A stretch of DNA of 64,000 nucleotides from Planctomycetota bacterium (GCA_046306335.1 JBKDXM010000033.1:17199-81198); one strand, 5' to 3'; positions 25,063-34,594 are shown, counted from the stretch's first letter. Translations and numbers: made by a program. The notes: generated from the letters alone by a model not told the origin.

Positions 25063-25118
25063 GGAGTCGGCGTGACGCGGGGCCACGCCGCCGGGCGCGC
25101 GCTGCAGCTCACGGCGGT
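25063..25118 (+). repeat. Repeat family B, short form, copy with degenerate right arm
   Basis: GGAGTCGGCGTGACGCGGGGCCACGCCGCCGGGCGCGCG... matches the reverse complement of 48362..48417 at about 36 of the first 42 nt. It lies between the anti-sigma stop and the start of the 1181-aa gene. Confidence 0.6.
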
Positions 25119-25188
25119 AGCACGCCATCGCCACTGCCCGGTCGTCGGGCACCGAAGGAACGGCCAGCGCCGCCGCCGGCCGTTCGGC

Positions 25189-26178
25189 TCACCAGGGCCG
25201 GCCGAAGGCGGCGAGCCCGGCGGGTTGTTCGCCGAGGTGCTGCAGCGTGAAGCGGCGGCTGAAGCCCTCGCCGACCGCGTCGATCTCGATGCGGGTCACC
25301 ATGCCGGTCGCTTCGTCGCACAGCAGCCACGCCGAGCGCAGCCGCGCGCGCACGTCGTCGCGCTTGCTCTCGGCCTCGATGCGCAGCTGCGGCCGGCCGT
25401 CGGCGCCGGCCTCGCGGGCGACGACGCGCAGTTCGCAGTCCTCCGGCAGCCGCCGCACGAGCGCGTGCACGTCGAGGTAGCCGAGGTCGATGACGTCGCC
25501 GAAGCGCTGCTGCAGGCGGTCCTTGTCGGCGAACGGCGTCGCCAGCCGGAAGCCGCCGTTGCCACCGAGCGCCCAGACTTCGCCGCCGTCGCAGCCGAGC
25601 GTGAACTCGCCGAACTGCACGCCGCCGAACTCGAGCCGGCCATCGAGGCGGAAGCGGCCGCCCGGGCTGGTGACGAGCCCGAACTCGTGGCGGGCGCGCT
25701 CGCGGCCGGCCGCGCCGCTGCGCACGACCTCGACGTGGAAGCGCTGCGCGACGTCGCGCGCCAGCGCCTGCACCGCCCGCTCGACCGCCGCCGCGGCCGT
25801 CGGCAGCGACGCCGGCAACAGCGCCCAGAAGCCGACCGTCGCCAGCAGCAGCGCGGCGGCCGCGACCGCGAACCAGCGCCGCACGCCGCCGGCGTGCGAC
25901 CGGGCGTCGATGCGCGCGAGCACCGCGGCGATGCGGCCCTCGCGCGCCGCCGCGTCCTGCGAGTGCAGCGCGCGCAGCAGGCCGTGCATCGTGCGCTGGT
26001 CGGCGAGCCACTCCTTGGCTTCGGCCGGCGCATCGCCGGGGAGCGGGTCGTCGGCCAGCGTGTCGTCGTAGGCGCGCCAGGCGTCGGGCACGAGCTCGCG
26101 CCCACGCTCGCCGCGCGGGAGGGAATCGCCATCGCGCGGCAGCGCGCCGTCGTCGTCGCGTTCGTCGTGCTGGCTCAT
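25189..26178 (-). CDS. Putative anti-sigma factor (single-pass membrane protein with periplasmic domain)
   Basis: Tail of ORF 25189..27723, from ATG 26178. It overlaps the ECF sigma stop (ATGA). It has an acidic N-terminal ~110 aa, one TM helix (WFAVAAAALLLATVGFWALL) and a ~200-aa extracytoplasmic domain. The assignment rests on position. Confidence 0.6.
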   Translation of the reverse strand: MSQHDERDDDGALPRDGDSLPRGERGRELVPDAWRAYDDTLADDPLPGDAPAEAKEWLADQRTMHGLLRALHSQDAAAREGRIAAVLARIDARSHAGGVRRWFAVAAAALLLATVGFWALLPASLPTAAAAVERAVQALARDVAQRFHVEVVRSGAAGRERARHEFGLVTSPGGRFRLDGRLEFGGVQFGEFTLGCDGGEVWALGGNGGFRLATPFADKDRLQQRFGDVIDLGYLDVHALVRRLPEDCELRVVAREAGADGRPQLRIEAESKRDDVRARLRSAWLLCDEATGMVTRIEIDAVGEGFSRRFTLQHLGEQPAGLAAFGRPW

Positions 26179-26708
26179 GCCACGTCCTCGGTCGGGATCT
26201 TGCCTTGCAGGCACCGGTGCAACTGCGCGCGGCCGCGCTGCAGGTGCTTCTTGACCGCCTCGAAGCCGATGCCGAGCCGTTCGGCGATCTGCTTGCAGTG
26301 CAGTCCGTGTTCGTAGTGCAGCACGATCGACTCGCGCTGCGGGCCGGTCAACCGCGCCATGCAGTCGCGCAGCGCGTCCAGGCTCTCGTCGAAGGTGTCG
26401 GCCGGGATGCGGGCGAAGGCGCGAAAGCCGTCGTCGATGCGGCCGAGGACCTCCTCGTCGCAGTAGTGCACGCGGCTGCGGCCGAGCTTGCGGCGGTGGT
26501 TGAGCAGCAGCTTGGCGGCGATGCCGCGCACCCACGGCCCGAACGGCAGCTTGCGGTCGTAGCGGTCGAGGATGCGCCACGCGACCAGGAAGGTCTCCTG
26601 CAGCACGTCCTCGGCGGCGACGGCGTCCCGCAGCGACGAGAGCAGGAACGCGCGCACCGAGTCGATGTGCTCGCGCATCAGGATCTCGAACAGGTCGCGG
26701 GGTTGCAC
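26175..26708 (-). CDS. ECF-type RNA polymerase sigma-70 family factor
   Basis: ORF 26175..26882 trimmed to GTG 26708 (VQPRDLFEILMREH...). Region 2 is VLQETFLVAWR...PFGPWVRGIA. The region 4 HTH is LHCKQIAERLGIGFEAVKKHLQRGRAQL. Confidence 0.85.
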   Translation of the reverse strand: MQPRDLFEILMREHIDSVRAFLLSSLRDAVAAEDVLQETFLVAWRILDRYDRKLPFGPWVRGIAAKLLLNHRRKLGRSRVHYCDEEVLGRIDDGFRAFARIPADTFDESLDALRDCMARLTGPQRESIVLHYEHGLHCKQIAERLGIGFEAVKKHLQRGRAQLHRCLQGKIPTEDVA

Positions 26709-26910
26709 GGCAGGGCGGATTGTCCGGCCGGGTGGGTGCCGGGGACAGCCTGGTCTGGCCCCCCATGCCACGGCCCACGACCACGCCGCCGCCCGCCGCC
26801 CTACCGCGCCCCAGTCCCCGACGGCACCGGGGGATGGCCCCGCCGGCGCGGGCAGGCTCGTCGCCGCGCCGGCCCGCGACACCGCCGGCCGCGGGCGGCA
26901 TGCTGCCCGC

Positions 26911-27582
26911 GTGGGTCACGACCGGTTCGAACCGCCGCCGGGTCCGCGCTTCGTGGCGCCGGTCGACCGGCTCGACGCAGCGGTCGCCGGTTTGCGCGGC
27001 GGACCTGCCGCGGACGCCGACGCGCTCGCGTCCCTGCGGACGCGGCTGGTGGACGGCTGGTCGGAGCCGCACCGCCGCTACCACTCGCTGCAGCACCTCG
27101 TCGAGTGCACGGAACTGCTCGACGAGCCGCAGGTCCGCCGCGCCGTCGGGCGCGTGCACGAGGTCGAACTCGCGATCTGGCTGCACGACCTCGTCTACGA
27201 CCCGCAGCGGCACGACAACGAAGCACGCAGCGCCGACGCGGCGCGGCAGCTGCTCGCCGCGATCGGCGGGATCCCGGCGGACGCCATCGCGCGCATCGCC
27301 GCGCTCGTCATGGCGACGAAGCAGCACGTCGCCGCGACGCCGGACGAGGCGGTGTTGCTCGACATCGACCTCGCCATCCTCGCGGCGCCGCCGGCGCGCT
27401 TCGCCGAGTACGACGCCCAGATCCGGCGCGAGTACGCCTTCGTCGACGACGCGCGGTACCTCGCGGCCCGTCGCGCCGTGCTCACGGGCTTCCTCGCGCG
27501 ACCACGGCTCTACCACTCCGACGTGCTGCACGAGCGCTGCGAAGCGCGGGCGCGCGCGAATCTGGCGGCGGCGACGCGCTGA
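26911..27582 (+). CDS. HD-superfamily metal-dependent hydrolase-like protein (COG4339-like)
   Basis: In frame of ORF 26572..27582 with a GTG start at 26911 (start uncertain). The motif W.EPHRRYHSLQHLVEC...WLHDLVYDP is typical of this small HD family, by recall. Confidence 0.6.
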   Translation: MGHDRFEPPPGPRFVAPVDRLDAAVAGLRGGPAADADALASLRTRLVDGWSEPHRRYHSLQHLVECTELLDEPQVRRAVGRVHEVELAIWLHDLVYDPQRHDNEARSADAARQLLAAIGGIPADAIARIAALVMATKQHVAATPDEAVLLDIDLAILAAPPARFAEYDAQIRREYAFVDDARYLAARRAVLTGFLARPRLYHSDVLHERCEARARANLAAATR

Positions 27583-27715
27583 GGCGGCGCGGGACGGCGG
27601 GCGCGTTGCCCTGCGCGCGCAGCATCGCGCATGCTGGCGACGCCAGCCGGCGGCGCGAGGTCGCGACCGCGCCGCGTGCACCCGCCCGCCGCGTCCGCTA
27701 TCCCTGACCCCGCAC

Positions 27716-28792
27716 ATGCGCACGGCGGCCTACGTCTACTCCGGGTGGCACCCGATCCCCGAGCGCGACGCCTCGTTCCACCCCGGCTTCACCGAGTGGG
27801 AGCTGGTCGCCGGTTGCCGACCGCGCTTCCCGGGCCACCACCAGCCCAAGGTCCCGCTGCTCGGGCCGTACGACGACCGCGATCCGATCGCGCTCGGCCG
27901 TCGCCTGCAGCTCGCGCTCGCGCACGGCATCGACGCCTTCGTGTTCGGCGTGTTCTGGTGCCGCGGCAAGCGCGTGTTCGAGCAGGGGCTCGACGAGGGC
28001 TTCCTGCGCTCGGCGGTCGGCGGCACGGCGCCGTTCGCGTGCATGTGGGCCAACCGCATGCCGCGGCGCGTGCTGCCGGTGGCGCGCGCCGACCTGCCGG
28101 TGCTCGACCCGAGCCGCTTCGTGCCGAGCGACGTCGACGACTTCGTGCGCTTCGTCGCGATGCTGGCGACCAACTACTTCGCGCGGCCCAACTACCTGAC
28201 CGTCGGCGGTCGCAGCTACCTGTCGATCTTCGACGCGACGTTCTTCGTCAAGGAACTCGGCCCGGACGGCGCGCGCGCGGCGGTGACGGCGGCGCGGCGC
28301 TGGCTCGCCGACCACGGCCATCGCGACCTGCACCTCGCGGCGATCGAACCGAACGCCGACGCGCTGCCGCTCGTGCGCGCCATCGGCTTCGACAGCGTGA
28401 CGCACTACGTCTTCCTGCCGGACTGGAAGGGCCCGTTCGAGCAGGACTACGCCACGATGGCGGCGCTGCGCGCGCAGCAGTGGGCGTCGTTCGCCGAACG
28501 CGCCGACCTGCCGTACATGCCCGCGGTCGCGACCGGCTGGGACGCGAGCGCGCGCGGCGCCGACTTCGGCGACGCGCGGCCCGACAAGTACCCGTGGTGG
28601 CCGGTGGTCACCGGCGAGCATCCCGAGCGCTTCGCGCAGGCGCTGGCGCGCGCCCGCGCCTTCCGTTCGCCGGTCGGGGGCGTCGACGACCCGCTCGTGC
28701 TGGTGGCGTCGCTCAACGAGTGGAGCGAAGGCCACTACCTCGAACCCGACGAGCGCTTCGGCATGGGCTGGCTGCAGGCCTGCCGGCGCTGA
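27716..28792 (+). CDS. WbsX-like glycoside hydrolase/glycosyltransferase family protein
   Basis: In frame of ORF 26720..28792 from ATG 27716. AAYVYSGWHPIPERD, GIDAFVFGVFWC, ATGWDASAR and NEWSEGHYLEPD resemble the Glyco_tran_WbsX family, by recall. Confidence 0.7.
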   Translation: MRTAAYVYSGWHPIPERDASFHPGFTEWELVAGCRPRFPGHHQPKVPLLGPYDDRDPIALGRRLQLALAHGIDAFVFGVFWCRGKRVFEQGLDEGFLRSAVGGTAPFACMWANRMPRRVLPVARADLPVLDPSRFVPSDVDDFVRFVAMLATNYFARPNYLTVGGRSYLSIFDATFFVKELGPDGARAAVTAARRWLADHGHRDLHLAAIEPNADALPLVRAIGFDSVTHYVFLPDWKGPFEQDYATMAALRAQQWASFAERADLPYMPAVATGWDASARGADFGDARPDKYPWWPVVTGEHPERFAQALARARAFRSPVGGVDDPLVLVASLNEWSEGHYLEPDERFGMGWLQACRR

Positions 28793-28817
28793 CGGCAAGC
28801 GCTGCGCCGCCCCGCGT

Positions 28818-29219
28818 TCAACGGCCGCCGACGTACGCGACCGCCTCGATCTCGAGCCGCAGGCCGTCGTACAGCCGGCCCACCGGCACCGCCGCGCGCG
28901 CGGGCCGGTGCTCGCCGAAGAACTGCGCATACGCCGCGTCGAAGTCGTCCCAGTCGTCCTCCGACGCCAGCCACGCCGTGACCTTGACGACGTCGGTCAA
29001 CTGCGCGCCGGCGGCGGCGAGCGCGCTCGCGAGGTTGCGCAGCGCGATCGTCGTCTGCTCGCGCATCGGCAACGCCGCATCGGCGGCGCCGCCCGGCGGC
29101 ACCGGCAACTGGCCGGAGACGAACACGAAGCCGCCGGCGGCGACGGCGTGCGAGTAGTGGCCGCCCGGCGCGATCCCGGCGGCGTTGGAACGGAACTGGC
29201 GCGGTCGCAGGTCGCTCAT
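28818..29219 (-). CDS. RidA/YjgF-family reactive-intermediate deaminase
   Basis: ORF 28818..29219, 133 aa. GHYSHAVAAGGFVFVSGQLP...LTDVVKVTAWL...PARAAVPV...LEIEAVA is a classic RidA pattern. Confidence 0.9.
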   Translation of the reverse strand: MSDLRPRQFRSNAAGIAPGGHYSHAVAAGGFVFVSGQLPVPPGGAADAALPMREQTTIALRNLASALAAAGAQLTDVVKVTAWLASEDDWDDFDAAYAQFFGEHRPARAAVPVGRLYDGLRLEIEAVAYVGGR

Positions 29220-29272
29220 GCGCGGCGCAGCCTATCCGCCGCCGCCCGACCCGCCCGACCCTCCTGCCCCGC

Positions 29273-31009
29273 TCACGGCCGGACGGTGTTGCGGCCCGCG
29301 CGCTTGGCGTCGTAGAGCGCGCGGTCGGCGCGCGCGAGCGCGGCGTCGATGCCGGCGTCCTCGGGCGCCAGCACGGCGACGCCGATGCTGATCGTGAAGG
29401 CGACCGGCTTGCCGTCGACGACCGCCGGCCTGGCGACGACCTCACCCCGCAAGCGCTCGGCGAACAGCCGCGCCTCGGCGAGCGACGTGTCGGGCAACAG
29501 CACGAGGAACTCCTCGCCGCCGCTGCGGCCGATGGCGTCGGCGCGGCGGATCGCGCCTGAGGCGACGTCGGCGAAGTGCCGCAGCACGGCGTCGCCGGCG
29601 GCGTGGCCGAGCTCGTCGTTGACGCGCTTGAACTCGTCGAGGTCGATCGCCAGCACGCTGCTGTGGATCTCCGGCCGGCGCTTCACGCGCGCGTGCTCGG
29701 ACTCGATGCGCTGCAGGATGCTGCGGCGGTTCGGCAGGCTGGTCAGCGCGTCGGTCAACGCGAGATGCTGCAGCTCGGTCGCCAGCGCCCGGCGTTCGGT
29801 GATGTCCTCGAAGCTGGCGTAGACGAACTCGATGCGGCCGTCCTTGCTGATCGGGATGGCGTTGACCAGGATCCAGGCGCGTTCGCGGCCGGGCACCGAC
29901 ACGCCCATGACGACGTTGCGCACCGGCTGTCCGGTGCGCAGCGCGACCATCGCCGGGTGCTCGTCGCCGGGGAAGTCGCTGCCGTCCTCGCGCAACGTGC
30001 GCCACCGCGGGTCGATCGACAACCGGCCCTGCATCTGGCTCAGCGACAGGCCGAGGATGCGCTGCGCCGCCGGGTTGGCGTCAGTGATGCGGCCCTGCGC
30101 GTCCTGGTAGACGACGCCGGTAGGCGATGTCTCGTACAGCGTGCGGAACTTCGACACGCTGTCGAGGAACCACGCCTCGTACTCCTTGCGCTGCGTGACG
30201 TCGGTGAAGACGCCGGCCCAGGCGACGCTGCCGTCGCGATCGGCCGCCATGCGCGCGGCGACGCGCACCTGCCGTCGCGCGCCGGCGGCGGTCGCGACGG
30301 CGAACTCGTGCTGCCAGTCGGAGCCGTCGGCGACGGCGCGTTCGAGCGACGCGGTGAACGCGGCGCGGTCGGCTTCGACGAGGCGCTCAGCCAGCAGCGA
30401 CGGCTGCGCGCACACGTCGCCGGCCTCGACGCCGAACAGCTCGCGCACGCCCTGGCTGACGAGTTCGAAGCGCGGCTTGCGCCGCGGGCCGCGCACGATG
30501 CGGAACGCCGCGCCGGGCAGGGTGTCGATGAACTGCTGCAGCAGGTCGCCGCGACGGCGCAGCGCGTCGCGCTCCTGCCGGTCGGCGGTGACGTCGTCGA
30601 GCACGACGACGGCCACGGCCGCGCCCGGGCCGGCGCAGCGCGCGACCGAGGCCTGGAACCAGCGCGGGCCGTCGCGACCGCGCAAGGGCAACTCGACGCG
30701 CGTGCCGTCGCTGCGGCCGGCGAGCACGTCGCGCAGTTGCGCGACGAAGCCGCCGACGACCGCCTCGTCGCCGCCGGCGCGGCGCTGCGCCCAGGCGGCG
30801 AGGTAGTCGTCGCCGGCGCGGCCGCAGCATGGCGCGCCGTCGTCGCGCACGTCGCAGCCGCGCCACGCGCGGTTCGTCGCGAGGATGACGCCATCGGCAT
30901 CGAGCACGGCGACCGACCCCGGCAGCGCATCGAGCGCCGCCGCGGCCACGTCTCCGGCTGGCTGCCCGCCGGACCGGCTGCCGTCCTTCGCTGCCGACAT
31001 TGCGAGCAT
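29273..31009 (-). CDS. Multi-PAS sensor diguanylate cyclase (GGDEF)
   Basis: ORF 29273..31009. Three PAS-like segments precede a GGDEF domain (RSGGEEFLVLLPD, ALYDAKRAGRN). Confidence 0.9.
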   Translation of the reverse strand: MLAMSAAKDGSRSGGQPAGDVAAAALDALPGSVAVLDADGVILATNRAWRGCDVRDDGAPCCGRAGDDYLAAWAQRRAGGDEAVVGGFVAQLRDVLAGRSDGTRVELPLRGRDGPRWFQASVARCAGPGAAVAVVVLDDVTADRQERDALRRRGDLLQQFIDTLPGAAFRIVRGPRRKPRFELVSQGVRELFGVEAGDVCAQPSLLAERLVEADRAAFTASLERAVADGSDWQHEFAVATAAGARRQVRVAARMAADRDGSVAWAGVFTDVTQRKEYEAWFLDSVSKFRTLYETSPTGVVYQDAQGRITDANPAAQRILGLSLSQMQGRLSIDPRWRTLREDGSDFPGDEHPAMVALRTGQPVRNVVMGVSVPGRERAWILVNAIPISKDGRIEFVYASFEDITERRALATELQHLALTDALTSLPNRRSILQRIESEHARVKRRPEIHSSVLAIDLDEFKRVNDELGHAAGDAVLRHFADVASGAIRRADAIGRSGGEEFLVLLPDTSLAEARLFAERLRGEVVARPAVVDGKPVAFTISIGVAVLAPEDAGIDAALARADRALYDAKRAGRNTVRP

Positions 31010-31069
31010 GCTGACGTTCGCCGACGGCAGGGCAACAGCAAAACCGGCTCGACGTGCGGCGCGACGCCC

Positions 31070-32278
31070 TCACTGCGGCGCTTCGCCATCCCCGTCCGGA
31101 CCGAACGGCGTAGTCGCGCGGCGGGCGCCGCCACGGCCGACGGCGTCGTCGCCGTGCCGATCGCGGATCGCGTCCATCGCGCGCAGCAGCCGCTCCTGGC
31201 GGCGCGGATCGCCGCCGAACAGCGCCGCCTGCACCGGCGCCGCCGCGTCGACGAGCGCCGCGGCGGTGACGCCGAGCAGCCGGACGCCGCGCGCGCGGTC
31301 CCACTCGGCGTCGAGCAGGTCCCGGGCGACGCGTGCGAGTTCGAGGTCGTCGGCGGTGGGCGGCACGCGGCGCTGGCGCGTCAGGGTGGTGAAGTCGGGG
31401 TAGCGCAGCTTCAGCCGCACGACGCCGCCGCGAAGGCCGTGGCGGCGCAGCCGGCGGCCGACGAGTTCGGCAAGCTGCAGCAGCACGCCGTGCACCTCGT
31501 CGGCGTCGACGAGGTCGTCGGCGAACGTCATCTCGTGGCCGATCGAGCGGGCCGCGCGCTCGGACTCGACCTCCCGCAGGTCGTGGCCGTTGGCGAGTTC
31601 GTGCAGGTGGCCGCCGAGGTTCGCGCCGAACGCCGCCACGAGCTGCGCCGCCGGGCGCGATTGCACGTCGCCGATCGTGCGCAGGCCCGCGCGCTCGCGC
31701 TGCTGCTGCGTCGTCGGCCCGACGCCACACAGGCGCGACACCGGCAGCGGCGCCAGGAACGCGCGCTCGTCGCCGGGCGCGACCACGACGAGGCCGTCGG
31801 GCTTGTCGAGGTCGCTCGCCACCTTGGCGACGTACTTCGACGTCGCCACGCCGACCGAGACGGTCAGCCGCGTCGCCGCGCGCACCTCCCGCTTGACGCG
31901 GCTCGCGATCGCCGCGCCGTCGCCGAACAGCGCCCGGCTGCCGGTGACGTCGAGGAACGCCTCGTCGAGCGACAGCGGCTCGACGAGGTCGGTGTAGCGA
32001 TCGAACACCGCGCGGACCTCGGCCGAGACCGCTTCGTAGACGTCCATGCGCGGCGCGACGAAGACGCCGTGCGGGCACAGCTGCTTGGCGCGCACGCCGG
32101 GCATCGCCGACCGCACGCCGAAGCGCCGCGCTTCGTAGCTCGCCGTCGCCACCACCTGCCGCGGCCCGCTGCCGCCGATGATCACCGGCTTGCCGCGCAG
32201 TTCCGGGCGATCGCGCTGCTCGACGGCCGCGTAGAACGCGTCCATGTCGGCGTGCAGGATCGTGCGCAACGCGCTCAC
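31070..32278 (-). CDS. dinB: DNA polymerase IV (Y-family)
   Basis: ORF 31070..32278. ILHADMDAFYAAVEQRD, SLDEAFLDVT and SVGVATSKYVAKVASD motifs are present. Confidence 0.95.
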   Translation of the reverse strand: MSALRTILHADMDAFYAAVEQRDRPELRGKPVIIGGSGPRQVVATASYEARRFGVRSAMPGVRAKQLCPHGVFVAPRMDVYEAVSAEVRAVFDRYTDLVEPLSLDEAFLDVTGSRALFGDGAAIASRVKREVRAATRLTVSVGVATSKYVAKVASDLDKPDGLVVVAPGDERAFLAPLPVSRLCGVGPTTQQQRERAGLRTIGDVQSRPAAQLVAAFGANLGGHLHELANGHDLREVESERAARSIGHEMTFADDLVDADEVHGVLLQLAELVGRRLRRHGLRGGVVRLKLRYPDFTTLTRQRRVPPTADDLELARVARDLLDAEWDRARGVRLLGVTAAALVDAAAPVQAALFGGDPRRQERLLRAMDAIRDRHGDDAVGRGGARRATTPFGPDGDGEAPQ

Positions 32279-32407
32279 GCCCGCAGTCTAACGCTGGCGG
32301 GCGGCAACCCACCGGCCGCGCGCAGCGCGGCCAGGAGCCGCCGCAGCGGGCTGGTTGCCTTCGTTCGCCCTACGTCGCACCCCGCGTTGCGGCGGCGACC
32401 CGGCAAC

Positions 32408-32860
32408 TCAAAACCACTCGGGCACGATCTCGGGGTCGAGCCCCATCGCCTGCAGGATCAGCGTCTGCACGTACGCCGGATCGATCGCGAACTCCTTCAG
32501 CGTTTCGTAGCAGCTGCCCGCCTTGATCGACAGCAGCGCGATCGCGAGGTGCTCCGGCTCGACCTTCTTGCCGCCGAGTTGCTGGGCGGCGTCCTTGGCG
32601 CGCTCGAAGGCGGTGCGCACGTGCCGGTTGAACGGGCCGTTGGGCACGCCCGGCTCGCGCGGCAGGCTGTTGACGTAGCCCGAGAACATGTCCGGGTCGA
32701 CGTTCAGGTCCTGGAAGATGTGGTGCAGGCAGACGCTGCGGTCGACGGTCAGGCCGTAGATGACGTGGCCCGTCGCCACCGACTCGTCGGCGAGCTGCTG
32801 CGCCAGCTCTTCGGCCTTCTGGATGGCCAGGACCGTCTTCTCGGCGAAGTCCTCGAACAT
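32408..32860 (-). CDS. Stand-alone Clp N-terminal (Clp_N) repeat domain protein
   Basis: ORF 32408..32935 trimmed to ATG 32860 (MFEDFAEKTVLAIQKAEELAQ...). It has two Clp_N-like repeats (GHVIYGLT..., EPEHLAIALL). Confidence 0.7.
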   Translation of the reverse strand: MFEDFAEKTVLAIQKAEELAQQLADESVATGHVIYGLTVDRSVCLHHIFQDLNVDPDMFSGYVNSLPREPGVPNGPFNRHVRTAFERAKDAAQQLGGKKVEPEHLAIALLSIKAGSCYETLKEFAIDPAYVQTLILQAMGLDPEIVPEWF

Positions 32861-32931
32861 AGGGGGCGGGGACTCTACCGAGCCTGCCGCCCGCCCGCCA
32901 CCCGGTGGAGCCCCGGTGCGCCCGGAAACGC

Positions 32932-33420
32932 TCACTTGCGCGCCTGCAGCCGGTTGGCCCGGCGCTGCTGGGCGGCGGCGAAGCGGCGCTTTTCGTCGTC
33001 GGTTTCGGGCAGCACCGGCGGCACCGGCCGCGGCGCGCGCGACTCCGGATCGAGCGACACGAACGTCAGGTACGCCGACGCGACGTGCTTGCGCTCGCCC
33101 GTCGAACGCTGCTCCTGCCAGACCTTGACCCCGATCTCCATCGACGTGCGGCCGGCGAAGTTGACCGACGCCAGCAGCACCACGACGGCCCCCACCGGCA
33201 CCGGGTTGACGAAGTTGATGTTGTCGACGTTGGCGGTCACGACCGGGGTGCGGGCGTGGCGGCCGGCGCAGACGGCGGCGGCGATGTCGATCCAGTGCAT
33301 GACGCGGCCACCCATGCAGTTGCCGAGCGGGTTGGCGTCGTTGGGGAAGACGATCTCGGTCATCTCGACCTTGCTCGCGGCCACGGGGCGCGGCGGCGGG
33401 GTCTCGGCAGGTGCGGTCAT
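32932..33420 (-). CDS. Acyl-CoA thioesterase (hotdog fold, YciA/BFIT-like)
   Basis: Tail of ORF 32932..34161 from ATG 33420. VFPNDANPLGNCMGGRVMHWIDIAAA...TANVDNINFVNPV...TSMEIGVKV is a typical 4HBT thioesterase pattern. Confidence 0.85.
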   Translation of the reverse strand: MTAPAETPPPRPVAASKVEMTEIVFPNDANPLGNCMGGRVMHWIDIAAAVCAGRHARTPVVTANVDNINFVNPVPVGAVVVLLASVNFAGRTSMEIGVKVWQEQRSTGERKHVASAYLTFVSLDPESRAPRPVPPVLPETDDEKRRFAAAQQRRANRLQARK

Positions 33421-33468
33421 GTGGCGGCGACTGTAGAACGGCGTCGCCCGCGGAAAAGGGCGCGACCC

Positions 33469-33999
33469 ATGCTTCCCGCCATGAACCATCGCCAACTCGT
33501 CGCCCTCTTGCTGCTGCCGCTCGCCGGCTGCGCCTCCAACTACGACTTCACGCAGGCCCAGCTGCCCGATGGCGGCTACGACGTGCCCAAGCTGATCGCC
33601 GACCTGAAGGCATCGGGCGAACGCCGCCTGCACCACAACGCATGGTTGCCGTTGCTTCGCTACGAGGAAGTCGGGTTCGAACCGGCGACGGACTCGTCCC
33701 CCGCGGGCTACGTGCTGAAGACGAAGACCGGCCTGGGGCCGCTCTTCTTCGCCTCGCGCGACGACGAGCGCGTCGTCGACAGCGCCGGCGCGCCGATCGA
33801 GTCGAGCACCGAGCGGCGGTTCGGCTGGGGCCTGCTGTACAGCACCACGCAGCGCGACGTCACCACGACGCACGGCCTGCGCCAACACACGGCGTGGCGG
33901 GCGCTGCTGCTGTTCGGCCGCACGGACTCGCGCTTCGCGGAAGGCAAGCCGGCGGCGGCAGGGGCGGCCGCGGCGACGACGCCGGCGGGCGCGAACTGA
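33469..33999 (+). CDS. Lipoprotein, unknown function (paralog 1)
   Basis: In frame of ORF 32905..33999 from ATG 33469 (or 33481). The lipobox is LLLPLAGCAS. It is similar along its whole length to the next gene. Confidence 0.6.
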   Translation: MLPAMNHRQLVALLLLPLAGCASNYDFTQAQLPDGGYDVPKLIADLKASGERRLHHNAWLPLLRYEEVGFEPATDSSPAGYVLKTKTGLGPLFFASRDDERVVDSAGAPIESSTERRFGWGLLYSTTQRDVTTTHGLRQHTAWRALLLFGRTDSRFAEGKPAAAGAAAATTPAGAN

Positions 34000-34102
34000 C
34001 GACGACAGCCCGCAGCGCGGTGCCGCGGCGGCAGGTGCGGCGATGCGCCGGCGGCGGTAGAACGCCGCTGCCCGCGCCCGGGCGCGACCACCGCTTCCCG
34101 CC

Positions 34103-34594
34103 ATGGACCATCGCCGACTCGCCGCCCTGCTGTTGCTGCCGCTCGCCGGCTGCGCCGCCAAGCTCCAGCACTACGACTTCGCCCAGGCCCGCCTGCCCGG
34201 CGGCGGCTACGACACCGCGAAGCTGATCGCCGACCTGAAGGCCTCGGGCGCGCACGGTTTGCAGGACGGCTCGTGGTTCCCGTTGATCCACCTGGAGCGC
34301 ACCGAGTTCCGTCCGACCACCGCGAACCTGCCCGACGGCTACGAGCTGACGACGGTGAGCGCGTCGGGGCCGATCTTCTTCACCGGGCGCAACGACCGGC
34401 GCATCGTCGACGGCAAGGGCGATCTGGTCGAGTCGGCCGTCGGCAACTGGTTCGGTTGGAGCCTGCTGCACCACGCGCGCGAGCACGACATCGCCACGAC
34501 GCACGGCCTGCGCCGGCACACGCGCGGCCGCACCCTGCTGCTCTTCGGCGGCGACGCGCTGAGCTACCGCGCCGACGCGCCGGCAGCGAAGTAG
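34103..34594 (+). CDS. Lipoprotein, unknown function (paralog 2)
   Basis: ORF 34103..34594. The lipobox is LLLPLAGCAA. Shared blocks with paralog 1: YDF.QA.LP.GGYD..KLIADLKASG, TTHGLR.HT, LLLFG. Confidence 0.6.
   Translation: MDHRRLAALLLLPLAGCAAKLQHYDFAQARLPGGGYDTAKLIADLKASGAHGLQDGSWFPLIHLERTEFRPTTANLPDGYELTTVSASGPIFFTGRNDRRIVDGKGDLVESAVGNWFGWSLLHHAREHDIATTHGLRRHTRGRTLLLFGGDALSYRADAPAAK

Noticed and set aside
19867-26316. 2149-aa ORF on the + strand, the longest in the track
   Set aside because: It runs antisense to five minus-strand genes with clear family signatures (YceI, ECF sigma and others). Its translation is Arg/Ala/Gly/Pro-rich low complexity with no motif I recognise. Stop-poor antisense frames are expected at this GC content.
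26924-26933. GGTTCGAACC, resembling a tRNA T-arm
   Set aside because: It lies inside the HD-family coding frame. No acceptor or anticodon stems could be folded around it.
29576-33436. 1286-aa + strand ORF
   Set aside because: It is antisense to the PAS-GGDEF, dinB, Clp_N and thioesterase genes. It is a high-GC artefact.
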